The notes below the pieces were generated by a model that ran no database searches, had not been told where the DNA came from, and saw nothing but the letters and a program-made list of their open reading frames with translations. From an uncultured virus (IMG/VR IMGVR_UViG_2554235223_000001) (taxonomy: Duplodnaviria; Heunggongvirae; Uroviricota; Caudoviricetes), in IMG/VR virus record IMGVR_UViG_2554235223_000001: a DNA stretch of 20,000 nucleotides. One strand, given 5' to 3'. A program made the position numbers and the translations under genes. This document shows positions 8,170 to 16,020 of the stretch, in pieces. Within the stretch, counting starts at the first letter, position 1; every line of letters starts with the position of its first letter.

Positions 8170-8199
8170 ATGCCGAAGACGTACAGGAAGCATGGGTAG
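8170..8199 (+). repeat. Duplicate of the last 30 bp of cI
   Basis: 27/30 identical to 7967-7996 (MPQTYRKHG* vs MPKTYRKHG*). Confidence 0.9.
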
Positions 8200-8231
8200 C
8201 CAGCAAGTGGCCTGAAGAGATGTTTGGGTGA
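8199..8231 (+). pseudogene. Relic 3' end of a lambda-type cI
   Basis: Encodes ASKWPEEMFG*; lambda CI ends ASQWPEETFG*. Confidence 0.75.
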
Positions 8232-8256
8232 TCTAGAAAGACGAAAAATGGCGTTT

Positions 8257-8319
8257 GCCCGCCACAATTTAACAAGGAAAATCAAATGGTTAATGAGATA
8301 AAGCCAATATCGCCCCGCC
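8257..8319 (+). promoter_or_regulatory. aba: aba-like (anti-BstA) cis element, 63 bp
   Basis: CCCGCC direct repeats at 8258-8263 and 8314-8319, 29 bp before plus 34 bp from ATG 8286; architecture and sequence match the BTP1 aba element as recalled. Confidence 0.8.
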
Positions 8320-8478
8320 AAGGAAATCTCCAATTATTTTCCTGTAAAAGAGGTTTGAGTTGAAGAAGTGGCAATAGGTGATCTGAATAATCTGGATCCA
8401 TATCTTGTTATTAATGGGCTTTCACATTTGAGTAGAGTTGATTCCGCAACAATGATTAGACTTTCCACAAATCTATGA
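8286..8478 (+). pseudogene. bstA: Decayed 5' remnant of a bstA-like gene
   Basis: AAGGA SD; MVNEIKPISPRQGNLQLF, +1 frameshift in T-run 8337-8340, then PVKEV*VEEVAIGDLNNLDPYLVINGLSHLSRVD...; rest of gene absent. Confidence 0.7.
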
Positions 8479-9665
8479 TGAAAGGGAGTAATGTATGACA
8501 GCTGAAATAGTAGTTATTAATAACACAGGGATCGCCCTAGCAGCTGATTCAGCTGTTACGACTGAACACAATAGGCTTATAAAAATTAATAACAGCGCTG
8601 AAAAGCTGTTTGAACTATCAAAGCATCACCCTGTTGGGATTATGGTTTATAATAACGCTGCTCTAGGGGGAGCCCCCTGGGAACTGATTATAAAATCATA
8701 TAGAAAGCAGCTTGGCACCGAAAAATTTGGTACCGTTAATGATTATGTTCATGATTTCCTACATTACATCAATAAAAACGAGGACTTAATAACTCCCAGT
8801 ATGCGCCAATCGTGCGTAATAAATTTAGTTATAGATAATATAAAAGGGTTGATGCAACACATTAACAGTAACAACATTGTTAACTATTTAACTTTAAACC
8901 CTGGAACTAACATAAATAACAATATATTTCAAAGCATAGTAAAACAACAAATTGATAATGAAATCAACGCATTGCGAAACAACCCTTTCTTTGAAGGTTT
9001 TGATGAGCGCGACTTAGGCGAAATCATCACATATATCTCAGATGTAATAAAACCATTAATCCCGTCGGTTATAGTGCTTGATAACTTTGAGAGTTTAGAG
9101 GAAGATTTAATTGACAAAATAATATTATATTCCTCTTATTTAATATGTAAGGTGCACACTAGTCGGACATACTCAGGTATAGTCATCACCGGTTACGGTG
9201 ATAATGAATTTTACCCATCTATAAATACACTCCATGTATTCGGCATATACAAAGACAGAATTATGTTTAGATACGTTGAAGATAAAACACACAATAATAT
9301 TTCGAATAACGGATATGTAATACCATTCGCCCAAGAAGATGAAGTGCTAACATTTATTGATGGTTGCAACCCTAACATTAATGTTTTCACCAACACACTC
9401 AGCGAAGAAATATTCGACAGACTCAATAATTTTATTGAAAGTAATATATACCCGAGTTTAAACAATCAACTACTAGAAGGTCAATTTAAAACCGAAGTTT
9501 CTCAACTCAAAAATTTAATTATGAGTGATTACGATAATAAGTTGAACAGTTACATTGAAAACAATCATACCAAGAAGATGACATCGATGCTTCAGTCTCT
9601 TGGCAAGGCAGACTTAGCACTGATGAATCCCCTAATGATTTTGGTAAAAATCATTAAGTTAAGGT

Positions 9666-9734
9666 AGATACACATCTTGTCATATGATCAAATGGTTTCG
9701 CGAAAAATCAATAATCAGACAACAAGATGTGCGA
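9666..9734 (-). ncRNA. IS10 RNA-OUT antisense RNA (approximate ends)
   Basis: Inferred from the known IS10 layout (pOUT start near bp 115, ~70 nt); Dam site GATC at bp 67-70 (9686-9689) present. Confidence 0.65.
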
Positions 9735-10935
9735 ACTCGATATTTTACACGACTCTCTTTACCAATTCTGCCCCGAATTACACTTAAAACGACTCAACAG
9801 CTTAACGTTGGCTTGCCACGCATTACTTGACTGTAAAACTCTCACTCTTACCGAACTTGGCCGTAACCTGCCAACCAAAGCGAGAACAAAACATAACATC
9901 AAACGAATCGACCGATTGTTAGGTAATCGTCACCTCCACAAAGAGCGACTCGCTGTATACCGTTGGCATGCTAGCTTTATCTGTTCGGGCAATACGATGC
10001 CCATTGTACTTGTTGACTGGTCTGATATTCGTGAGCAAAAACGACTTATGGTATTGCGAGCTTCAGTCGCACTACACGGTCGTTCTGTTACTCTTTATGA
10101 GAAAGCGTTCCCGCTTTCAGAGCAATGTTCAAAGAAAGCTCATGACCAATTTCTAGCCGACCTTGCGAGCATTCTACCGAGTAACACCACACCGCTCATT
10201 GTCAGTGATGCTGGCTTTAAAGTGCCATGGTATAAATCCGTTGAGAAGCTGGGTTGGTACTGGTTAAGTCGAGTAAGAGGAAAAGTACAATATGCAGACC
10301 TAGGAGCGGAAAACTGGAAACCTATCAGCAACTTACATGATATGTCATCTAGTCACTCAAAGACTTTAGGCTATAAGAGGCTGACTAAAAGCAATCCAAT
10401 CTCATGCCAAATTCTATTGTATAAATCTCGCTCTAAAGGCCGAAAAAATCAGCGCTCGACACGGACTCATTGTCACCACCCGTCACCTAAAATCTACTCA
10501 GCGTCGGCAAAGGAGCCATGGGTTCTAGCAACTAACTTACCTGTTGAAATTCGAACACCCAAACAACTTGTTAATATCTATTCGAAGCGAATGCAGATTG
10601 AAGAAACCTTCCGAGACTTGAAAAGTCCTGCCTACGGACTAGGCCTACGCCATAGCCGAACGAGCAGCTCAGAGCGTTTTGATATCATGCTGCTAATCGC
10701 CCTGATGCTTCAACTAACATGTTGGCTTGCGGGCGTTCATGCTCAGAAACAAGGTTGGGACAAGCACTTCCAGGCTAACACAGTCAGAAATCGAAACGTA
10801 CTCTCAACAGTTCGCTTAGGCATGGAAGTTTTGCGGCATTCTGGCTACACAATAACAAGGGAAGACTTACTCGTGGCTGCAACCCTACTAGCTCAAAATT
10901 TATTCACACATGGTTACGCTTTGGGGAAATTATGA
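9727..10935 (+). CDS. tnp: IS10 transposase, 402 aa
   Basis: MCELDILHDSLYQFCPELHLKRL...YSKRMQIEETFRDLK; intact. Confidence 0.99.
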   Translation: MCELDILHDSLYQFCPELHLKRLNSLTLACHALLDCKTLTLTELGRNLPTKARTKHNIKRIDRLLGNRHLHKERLAVYRWHASFICSGNTMPIVLVDWSDIREQKRLMVLRASVALHGRSVTLYEKAFPLSEQCSKKAHDQFLADLASILPSNTTPLIVSDAGFKVPWYKSVEKLGWYWLSRVRGKVQYADLGAENWKPISNLHDMSSSHSKTLGYKRLTKSNPISCQILLYKSRSKGRKNQRSTRTHCHHPSPKIYSASAKEPWVLATNLPVEIRTPKQLVNIYSKRMQIEETFRDLKSPAYGLGLRHSRTSSSERFDIMLLIALMLQLTCWLAGVHAQKQGWDKHFQANTVRNRNVLSTVRLGMEVLRHSGYTITREDLLVAATLLAQNLFTHGYALGKL

Positions 10936-11162
10936 GGGGATCTCTCAGGACTTAGCATATATGGCGGAATCTTTGGTTAACCTAACGGCTTTCAAACGAA
11001 AAGTATCTCATGAATATGAGACTGTTGGCGGTCCAGTCGATGTTGCTGTATTATCAAAAGTAGATGGCTTTGTTTGGGTTAAAAGAAAGCACTATTTCCC
11101 GAAAGAGTTAAATTCTAACTTTTTCAAACGCTAACAACAGTTACCAACTTTAGGAGAATCAA

Positions 11163-11270
11163 ATGTCCGTTAAACAAGCTCTTGATAGCGCTTATAAAAT
11201 AATTATAAACCAGAAGTTTAGCTCTCAACCCCCTCAGAAAACGAACGCTAAAAATTACAACGAGCAGTAA
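11163..11270 (+). CDS. 35-aa peptide downstream of Ntn-hydrolase gene
   Basis: Not in ORF track. AGGAGA SD at 11152-11157; MSVKQALDSAYKIIINQKFSSQPPQKTNAKNYNEQ; stop abuts the terminator. Confidence 0.6.
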   Translation: MSVKQALDSAYKIIINQKFSSQPPQKTNAKNYNEQ

Positions 11271-11271
11271 C

Positions 11272-11300
11272 AAAACCCGGCCTCGTGCCGGGTTTTTATT
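11272..11300 (+). terminator. Intrinsic (probably bidirectional) terminator, tIMM-equivalent
   Basis: aaaacccggc-ctcgt-gccgggttttt. Confidence 0.88.
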
Positions 11301-11384
11301 GCCCTACTCTTCCCTCAGCATCAGCACATCCAGTGCCAGCTCTACTGCCAAACAACCATCACCAAAAACAAAACGTAAAATAAA

Positions 11385-11480
11385 TATACTTTAAGTTCAT
11401 TGACTTACATTGGAATGAACTATTTCCAAATTAAAAATGTACTTTTGGTACTTTACATTGATGAACCATTAGTACATTAT
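11385..11480 (+). promoter_or_regulatory. OL operators and PL promoter
   Basis: Operators tatactttaagttca 11385-11399, tgtacttttggtact 11438-11452, tgaaccattagtaca 11462-11476; -35 TTTACA 11452-11457, 17 bp, -10 CATTAT 11475-11480. Confidence 0.82.
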
Positions 11481-11559
11481 CATCTCATCCAAACAACACC
11501 GGCAACGCCGGGGTGAAGTCAAAACGTCCCGTTAGCCGCGATAAGGCAAAGGTGAAGAG

Positions 11560-11667
11560 ATGATCCGCGAAGAAGACAAGCCTGCATGGCGTAATTTTTG
11601 GTTAAAGGTCGTTCCGTTTTTGGTTGCTGTTCTCGCAGTTAGCTATCCGTGCTGGGGTGGCAAATGA
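11560..11667 (+). CDS. 35-aa membrane peptide, first PL gene
   Basis: AAGGTG SD; MIREEDKPAWRNFWLKVVPFLVAVLAVSYPCWGGK; ATGA-coupled to next ORF. Confidence 0.6.
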   Translation: MIREEDKPAWRNFWLKVVPFLVAVLAVSYPCWGGK

Positions 11668-11774
11668 GCAAACAAGGCATTCGTTAACTGATTTACTGCC
11701 TGCTGATCTGCGGCGTTATCTGGGCGGCAGTGGTTATCAAAATTCTGCACGTTACGGGGGTGTTCAATGGCTAA
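11664..11774 (+). pseudogene. 36-codon membrane peptide gene with in-frame TAA at codon 8
   Basis: MSKQGIR*LIYCLLICGVIWAAVVIKILHVTGVFNG*; stop at 11685-11687; overlaps both neighbours like a coupled gene. Confidence 0.6.
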
Positions 11775-11961
11775 CTCAATTCCTAACAACGGACGCGCCG
11801 TGATGATGCGCAATCGCCGCACCGGCGCCGCCTGGCTGGTCAGCTTCGACTATCGCGACGGCAGTTACTGGCATGAGCCGCAGGGAAATCTGCGCCACAT
11901 CCGCCGGCCATACGCTTCGCGCAGTATCGAACCGAACCTGGTTCCAGCCGGGACGCATTAA
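11767..11961 (+). CDS. Hypothetical phage protein, 64 aa
   Basis: GGGGGT SD, in PL operon. Confidence 0.7.
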   Translation: MANSIPNNGRAVMMRNRRTGAAWLVSFDYRDGSYWHEPQGNLRHIRRPYASRSIEPNLVPAGTH

Positions 11962-12049
11962 CCGCGCATATCAGCGCACGAATTTAACTGAGCTATCAGG
12001 CAGCCAATACGGTGCCGGGATTATTACAACCAAATTTCAGGAGCGAGCT

Positions 12050-12334
12050 ATGAACGCATACCGCGCATACGACGCTATCGAAGAACGGAAATGGGCTGAA
12101 CAGTCGCTCACCGAAGAGAAGCAAAAGTGGATTGAAGATCGGGCGCAGGAAATTATCGACGCCCTGCCGAAAGAGCCGTCAGGCCTTTTCCGTTTCTCTG
12201 TGCCGATGGAGAAAAGCCCATACGAAGGCCTCCGCAGCGATGCAGCTGGCGAGGCATATAACGATCTCATCTCGGCAGTAGCTTACGCCCAGGCGGAATA
12301 CGACTGGGATCACCGCACCGGCTGCCCGTTTTAA
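12050..12334 (+). CDS. Gam-position protein (possible host nuclease inhibitor), 94 aa
   Basis: CAGGAG SD; MNAYRAYDAIEERKW resembles lambda Gam N-terminus (MNAYYIQDRLEAQSW); immediately before bet; acidic. Confidence 0.6.
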   Translation: MNAYRAYDAIEERKWAEQSLTEEKQKWIEDRAQEIIDALPKEPSGLFRFSVPMEKSPYEGLRSDAAGEAYNDLISAVAYAQAEYDWDHRTGCPF

Positions 12335-12350
12335 CTTTGAGGGGAATTCT

Positions 12351-13097
12351 ATGAGCACAGCACTTTCTACAATGGCCGGGAAGCTTGCCTCCCGCCTCGG
12401 CATGGATGCCGGAACTGACCTGATGAACACTCTGAAAAATACAGCATTTAAGGGTGGGAATGTCACTGATGAGCAGTTCACGGCACTGCTGATCGTCGCC
12501 AACCAGTACGGACTAAATCCGTGGACGAAGGAGATTTATGCATTCCCGGATAAAGGCGGAATTGTTCCAGTGGTCGGCGTTGACGGCTGGGCTCGAATCA
12601 TCAACGAACATCCTCAGTTTGATGGAATGGAGTTTGCCTACGACAAGGAAGAAGGCGCGTGTACCTGCAAGATATACCGGAAAGACCGGACACACCCGAC
12701 CATCGTTACTGAGTACATGGGAGAGTGCAAACGCAACACTCAGCCATGGCAGTCCCACCCTACCCGTATGCTTCGTCACAAGACGCTGATCCAGTGTGCG
12801 CGTCTCGCATTTGGGTTTGCTGGCATCTTCGATCAGGACGAAGCCGAGCGTGTCATTGAAGGGAGTACGGCAGAGGTTCATGTAGGGCATGAGTCGGATG
12901 GTCGTCGCCCGGAACTGATCGCAAAAGGCGAGTCTGCCGCACGCCTTGGAACTGTTAAGTACCAGGAATTCTGGGTTGCGTTAAGCGCAGAAGAGAAACA
13001 GGTTATCGGCGCGGTTGAGAAGCGTCGCATGTATGACATGAGCCTTGCAGTCGACAACGCAGAACCTGTCGATGCCGCAGCGCCGGAGGATAAATGA
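12351..13097 (+). CDS. bet: Red-beta single-strand annealing protein
   Basis: LLIVANQYGLNPWTKEIYAFPDKGGIVPVVGVDGW...WQSHPTRMLRHK. Confidence 0.96.
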   Translation: MSTALSTMAGKLASRLGMDAGTDLMNTLKNTAFKGGNVTDEQFTALLIVANQYGLNPWTKEIYAFPDKGGIVPVVGVDGWARIINEHPQFDGMEFAYDKEEGACTCKIYRKDRTHPTIVTEYMGECKRNTQPWQSHPTRMLRHKTLIQCARLAFGFAGIFDQDEAERVIEGSTAEVHVGHESDGRRPELIAKGESAARLGTVKYQEFWVALSAEEKQVIGAVEKRRMYDMSLAVDNAEPVDAAAPEDK

Positions 13098-13717
13098 TGG
13101 AACAACGCACCCCAGAATGGTTTGCCGCTCGCTGCGGAAAAGTCACAGCCAGCCGCCTTGCTGACGTCATGGCCAGAACCAAGTCTGGCTATGCAGCAAG
13201 CCGACAGAACTACATGGCCGAGCTGATTTGCCAGCGCCTCACCGGGAAGCTTGAAGAAGGTTTCTCCAACGCCGCAATGATACGCGGAACAGAACTCGAG
13301 CCGGTAGCACGCGAGATGTATGCGCTGAATGAGTTCGATGCCGAAATCACTGAGGTGGGGCTTATCGATCACCCAACTATACCAGGATTCGCAGCAAGTC
13401 CTGATGGGCTTGTTAATGGTGATGGGCTTATCGAAATTAAGTGCCCCAACACCTGGACTCATCTTGAGACCTTAAAAACTGGCGAGCCAAAACGCCAGTA
13501 CCTGTTGCAGATGCACGCTCAGATGATGTGCACAGGGCGCAAATGGTGTGATTTCGTTAGTTTCGACGATCGTCTACCGCCAGACCTCGCCTATTTCAAA
13601 AAGCGCATTCACTTCGACGAAGCACTGGCAAATGAGATTCAGTCCGAAGTGAAAAAGTTCTTGGAAGAGCTGGAGAAAGAGATTTCCAGCATAAAAAACC
13701 ACGACCATGCCGCATGA
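13094..13717 (+). CDS. exo: YqaJ/lambda-exonuclease family nuclease
   Basis: QRTPEWFAARCGKVTAS, ASPDGLV...LIEIKCP motifs. Confidence 0.94.
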   Translation: MMEQRTPEWFAARCGKVTASRLADVMARTKSGYAASRQNYMAELICQRLTGKLEEGFSNAAMIRGTELEPVAREMYALNEFDAEITEVGLIDHPTIPGFAASPDGLVNGDGLIEIKCPNTWTHLETLKTGEPKRQYLLQMHAQMMCTGRKWCDFVSFDDRLPPDLAYFKKRIHFDEALANEIQSEVKKFLEELEKEISSIKNHDHAA

Positions 13718-13745
13718 GAAAGGCAGACACGAAACGAGGTGCGCA

Positions 13746-14273
13746 ATGACTGATTTCGGCGGATCGAAAACTCCAAAAAATGAACGTGACTACTGGCAAA
13801 CGCCGATTGAAATTTTCAACGCGCTCGACCGCGAGTTTGGCTTCTGGCTGGATGCTGCAGCCTCTGAGAGTAACGCGCTATGCGCTCACTATCTCACTGA
13901 GCTGGATGACTCGCTGAACAGCGAATGGACGTCATGCGGCGCGATATGGTGTAACCCGCCCTATTCCGATATCGGCCCGTGGGTAGAAAAGGCTGCTATG
14001 CAATCCCGGGCGCAGTCTCAGGCCGTAGTGATGTTGCTACCGGCTGACATTTCTACCGGCTGGTTTATTTCAGCCATGCAATCAGCTGATGAACTCAGGC
14101 TGATAACGGGTGGCCGTGTTCAGTTTGTTCCTGCATCCGTTACAGGAAAGCGCCAGAGCAACCCAAAAGGCTCGCTCCTGTTTATCTGGCGCCCGTACAT
14201 CACCCCGCGACACATCATCACGACCGTATCGCTGGCTGAGTTAAAGCGGATCGGAAATCTGGAGGCAGCATGA
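13746..14273 (+). CDS. dam: Phage DNA N6-adenine methyltransferase (Dam-like family)
   Basis: WQTP...F.LDAAA...IWCNPPYS motifs; GAGGT SD before ATG 13746. Confidence 0.9.
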   Translation: MTDFGGSKTPKNERDYWQTPIEIFNALDREFGFWLDAAASESNALCAHYLTELDDSLNSEWTSCGAIWCNPPYSDIGPWVEKAAMQSRAQSQAVVMLLPADISTGWFISAMQSADELRLITGGRVQFVPASVTGKRQSNPKGSLLFIWRPYITPRHIITTVSLAELKRIGNLEAA

Positions 14274-14491
14274 CGCCAGAAGAAAAAGAAAACGCCCTCC
14301 GCGCCCAGGCTCGTCGCTGCGCAGAAGAGATAACCAAAGCGATGAGCGCAAAGCCTAAACCGAAATGGAACGCTGTATGCCCCCCCATCCTTCGCAAGCA
14401 CTACGAGAAGGTAAAGCCGATGGGTGTCAGCCTTGTGAAATTTGTCAGTGTTATTGGCCGCATGAATGGGCGGTATGGAGTGGAATCGTGA
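14270..14491 (+). CDS. Hypothetical phage protein, 73 aa
   Basis: GGAGG SD, ATGA coupling. Confidence 0.75.
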   Translation: MTPEEKENALRAQARRCAEEITKAMSAKPKPKWNAVCPPILRKHYEKVKPMGVSLVKFVSVIGRMNGRYGVES

Positions 14492-15144
14492 AAGAACGCG
14501 GAATGATTTTTAACGGGGAGATGGTGCGGGCGCTGCTGAGTGGCCGGAAGACGCAGACGCGCAGGATTATAAAGGACTGCACGGTCGGAAGAGACCAAAT
14601 TTCAAAATTCATTCAGATCGAGAAGAAGTTTATCGGCTGCTACCCGGAAGATGTACCTGAACTGATCAGGGAATGCTGCCCATACGGAATACCAGGCGAT
14701 CGCATCTGGGTGCGGGAGGCCTTTCGGGTGCATAGCCGGGCTACAGACGTCGCCACCCTGGTATACAAAGCCAGCGAGCGAAATTCATGGACTGAGCAAA
14801 CCCACCGTGTACCCGTAGCTGTCTGCAATAAGCCGGCAACGCCTGAGAAATGGACTCCTTCGCTGCACATGCCACGCTGGGCCAGCCGCATTCTGCTGGA
14901 AATCACCGACGTGCGGGTTGAGCGGCTAAACGCTATCAACGAGCATGATGCTCAGGCAGAAGGTGTGGCGAAGCTACGAGGGGGCTTCTGGAAGCACTAT
15001 CAGCCAGGCTGGACTCAACATCAACTGAGCGCCCGCGGCTCATTCGTAACCCTTTGGAAATCAATCTACGGCGACGAATCATGGAATTCCAATCCATGGG
15101 TTTGGGTTATTAAGTTCAAACGAATTGAGGAGCTGACAGCATGA
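14488..15144 (+). CDS. ASCH/PUA-like phage protein
   Basis: GTG start; MVRALLSGRKTQTRR, GDRIWVRE, PSLHMPRWASRILLEITDVRVERL, NPWVWVIKF motifs. Confidence 0.8.
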   Translation: MKERGMIFNGEMVRALLSGRKTQTRRIIKDCTVGRDQISKFIQIEKKFIGCYPEDVPELIRECCPYGIPGDRIWVREAFRVHSRATDVATLVYKASERNSWTEQTHRVPVAVCNKPATPEKWTPSLHMPRWASRILLEITDVRVERLNAINEHDAQAEGVAKLRGGFWKHYQPGWTQHQLSARGSFVTLWKSIYGDESWNSNPWVWVIKFKRIEELTA

Positions 15145-15449
15145 GTCTTAAACATCGATTACCTGAGCTGGAAGCCAGCATCGACCCGGCAGCATTGCGT
15201 GCAGCCGCCGACGAATATTCGGATCTGCTTCTGACTTTGTGCTTATGCATGAAGATGGCCGGCCCCACCCGGGCGAACGTGTGCGCCTGCGCCAGCGAGC
15301 TTAAAAAACGCCTGACAACCTGGCACAGCCATAAAGAGCTCAATGCAATTCTGTCCAGTTGGGATCCCGTTGGCTATGTTCTCGGCCTCCGCCGTGAAGC
15401 GAACGACAACGCGCGCGCAGCTGGCGATCCGGTTGATGTCTTTGTGTGA
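15141..15449 (+). CDS. Hypothetical phage protein, 102 aa
   Basis: GAGGAG SD, ATGA coupling. Confidence 0.75.
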   Translation: MSLKHRLPELEASIDPAALRAAADEYSDLLLTLCLCMKMAGPTRANVCACASELKKRLTTWHSHKELNAILSSWDPVGYVLGLRREANDNARAAGDPVDVFV

Positions 15450-15456
15450 GGTGAAT

Positions 15457-15696
15457 ATGCGACTGATTAACCGAAGCAAACAATCACCGCTGGGCCGCCA
15501 GGCGTGCGATGCGGCACTGGCAAAACACGTTGAGCTTTATGGAGCCTACGGGCGACAGAAAACGAAAAGAACTTATACGGTGGTGGTTCAAGGCTCAAAG
15601 ATCACTGTAGAAGTTGTTAACAGAAAAAGTAGCTATGTGGCCACAGCCATGAGCTGCGCGCGCCGGCTACACCATCTGCCTGGACAATGTAACTAA
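15457..15696 (+). CDS. Hypothetical phage protein (DUF4060-like), 79 aa
   Basis: GAGGTG SD, start MRLINRSK; family call tentative. Confidence 0.7.
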   Translation: MRLINRSKQSPLGRQACDAALAKHVELYGAYGRQKTKRTYTVVVQGSKITVEVVNRKSSYVATAMSCARRLHHLPGQCN

Positions 15697-15705
15697 GGGG
15701 TTTCT

Positions 15706-16020
15706 ATGACTAATACATCTCATAAATCAGATGAAATTTTGATAACCGATGACGTTCTGTCCAGATACAAAATATCGCGCAGCACACTCTATTTCTGGAG
15801 CACCCCATCCCGGATGCCCTCTTACTTTGCTCAACCATTCCCGCAGCCTAAAATAAATGGCAGCCCTAAAAGGTGGAGACTTTCAGACTTGTTGGCCTGG
15901 GAAGATAACGTGGGGATTAAACCAGAGGCTGACCAACCAGCTTCTCAAGGTGATCCTGCCAAACAGCAAGCCAGTGACGCTGATCATCCAGATAATCATG
16001 CAGGTTATAACGTGCCATGA
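15706..16020 (+). CDS. xis: Excisionase (AlpA/Xis-like HTH)
   Basis: DVLSRYKISRSTLYFW...FPQPKING...RWRLSDLLAWE; last PL gene, next to int. Confidence 0.85.
   Translation: MTNTSHKSDEILITDDVLSRYKISRSTLYFWSTPSRMPSYFAQPFPQPKINGSPKRWRLSDLLAWEDNVGIKPEADQPASQGDPAKQQASDADHPDNHAGYNVP

Larger units (their letters stand above)
9620..10948 (+). mobile_element. IS10: IS10 (IS4 family), complete, 1329 bp, 9-bp TSD GACTTAGCA
   Basis: Ends CTGATGAATCCCCT / AGGGGATCTCTCAG; TSD at 9611-9619 and 10949-10957, one mismatch from NGCTNAGCN. Confidence 0.99.
8495..11134 (+). pseudogene. IS10-disrupted Ntn-hydrolase (proteasome-beta/HslV-like) gene, 433 aa when reconstructed
   Basis: 8495-9619 joins 10958-11134 in frame (...GKADLA|YMAESLVN...). 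Mature Thr1, Asp17 (ALAADS), Lys36, C-terminal ETVGGPVDVAVL; GGGAG SD; AT-rich. Confidence 0.88.

Noticed and set aside
8052..8333. Minus-strand 93-aa and 131-aa ORFs behind cI
   Set aside because: They run across cI relics, aba and the TM peptide, which explain the sequence better on the + strand.
8495..9667. 390-aa ORF as a complete gene, and 10910-11134 as a separate 74-aa gene
   Set aside because: Both are fusions with IS10 end sequence; they are two halves of one 433-aa gene.
9665..9670. TAGATA in the IS10 pIN -35 region, possibly differing from reference IS10R
   Set aside because: Reference base recalled only from memory; cannot infer an effect on transposition.
11305..11349. Minus-strand frame AVELALDVLMLREE* ending at the terminator, perhaps a relic gene tail
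   Set aside because: No start codon and too short to support without a database hit.
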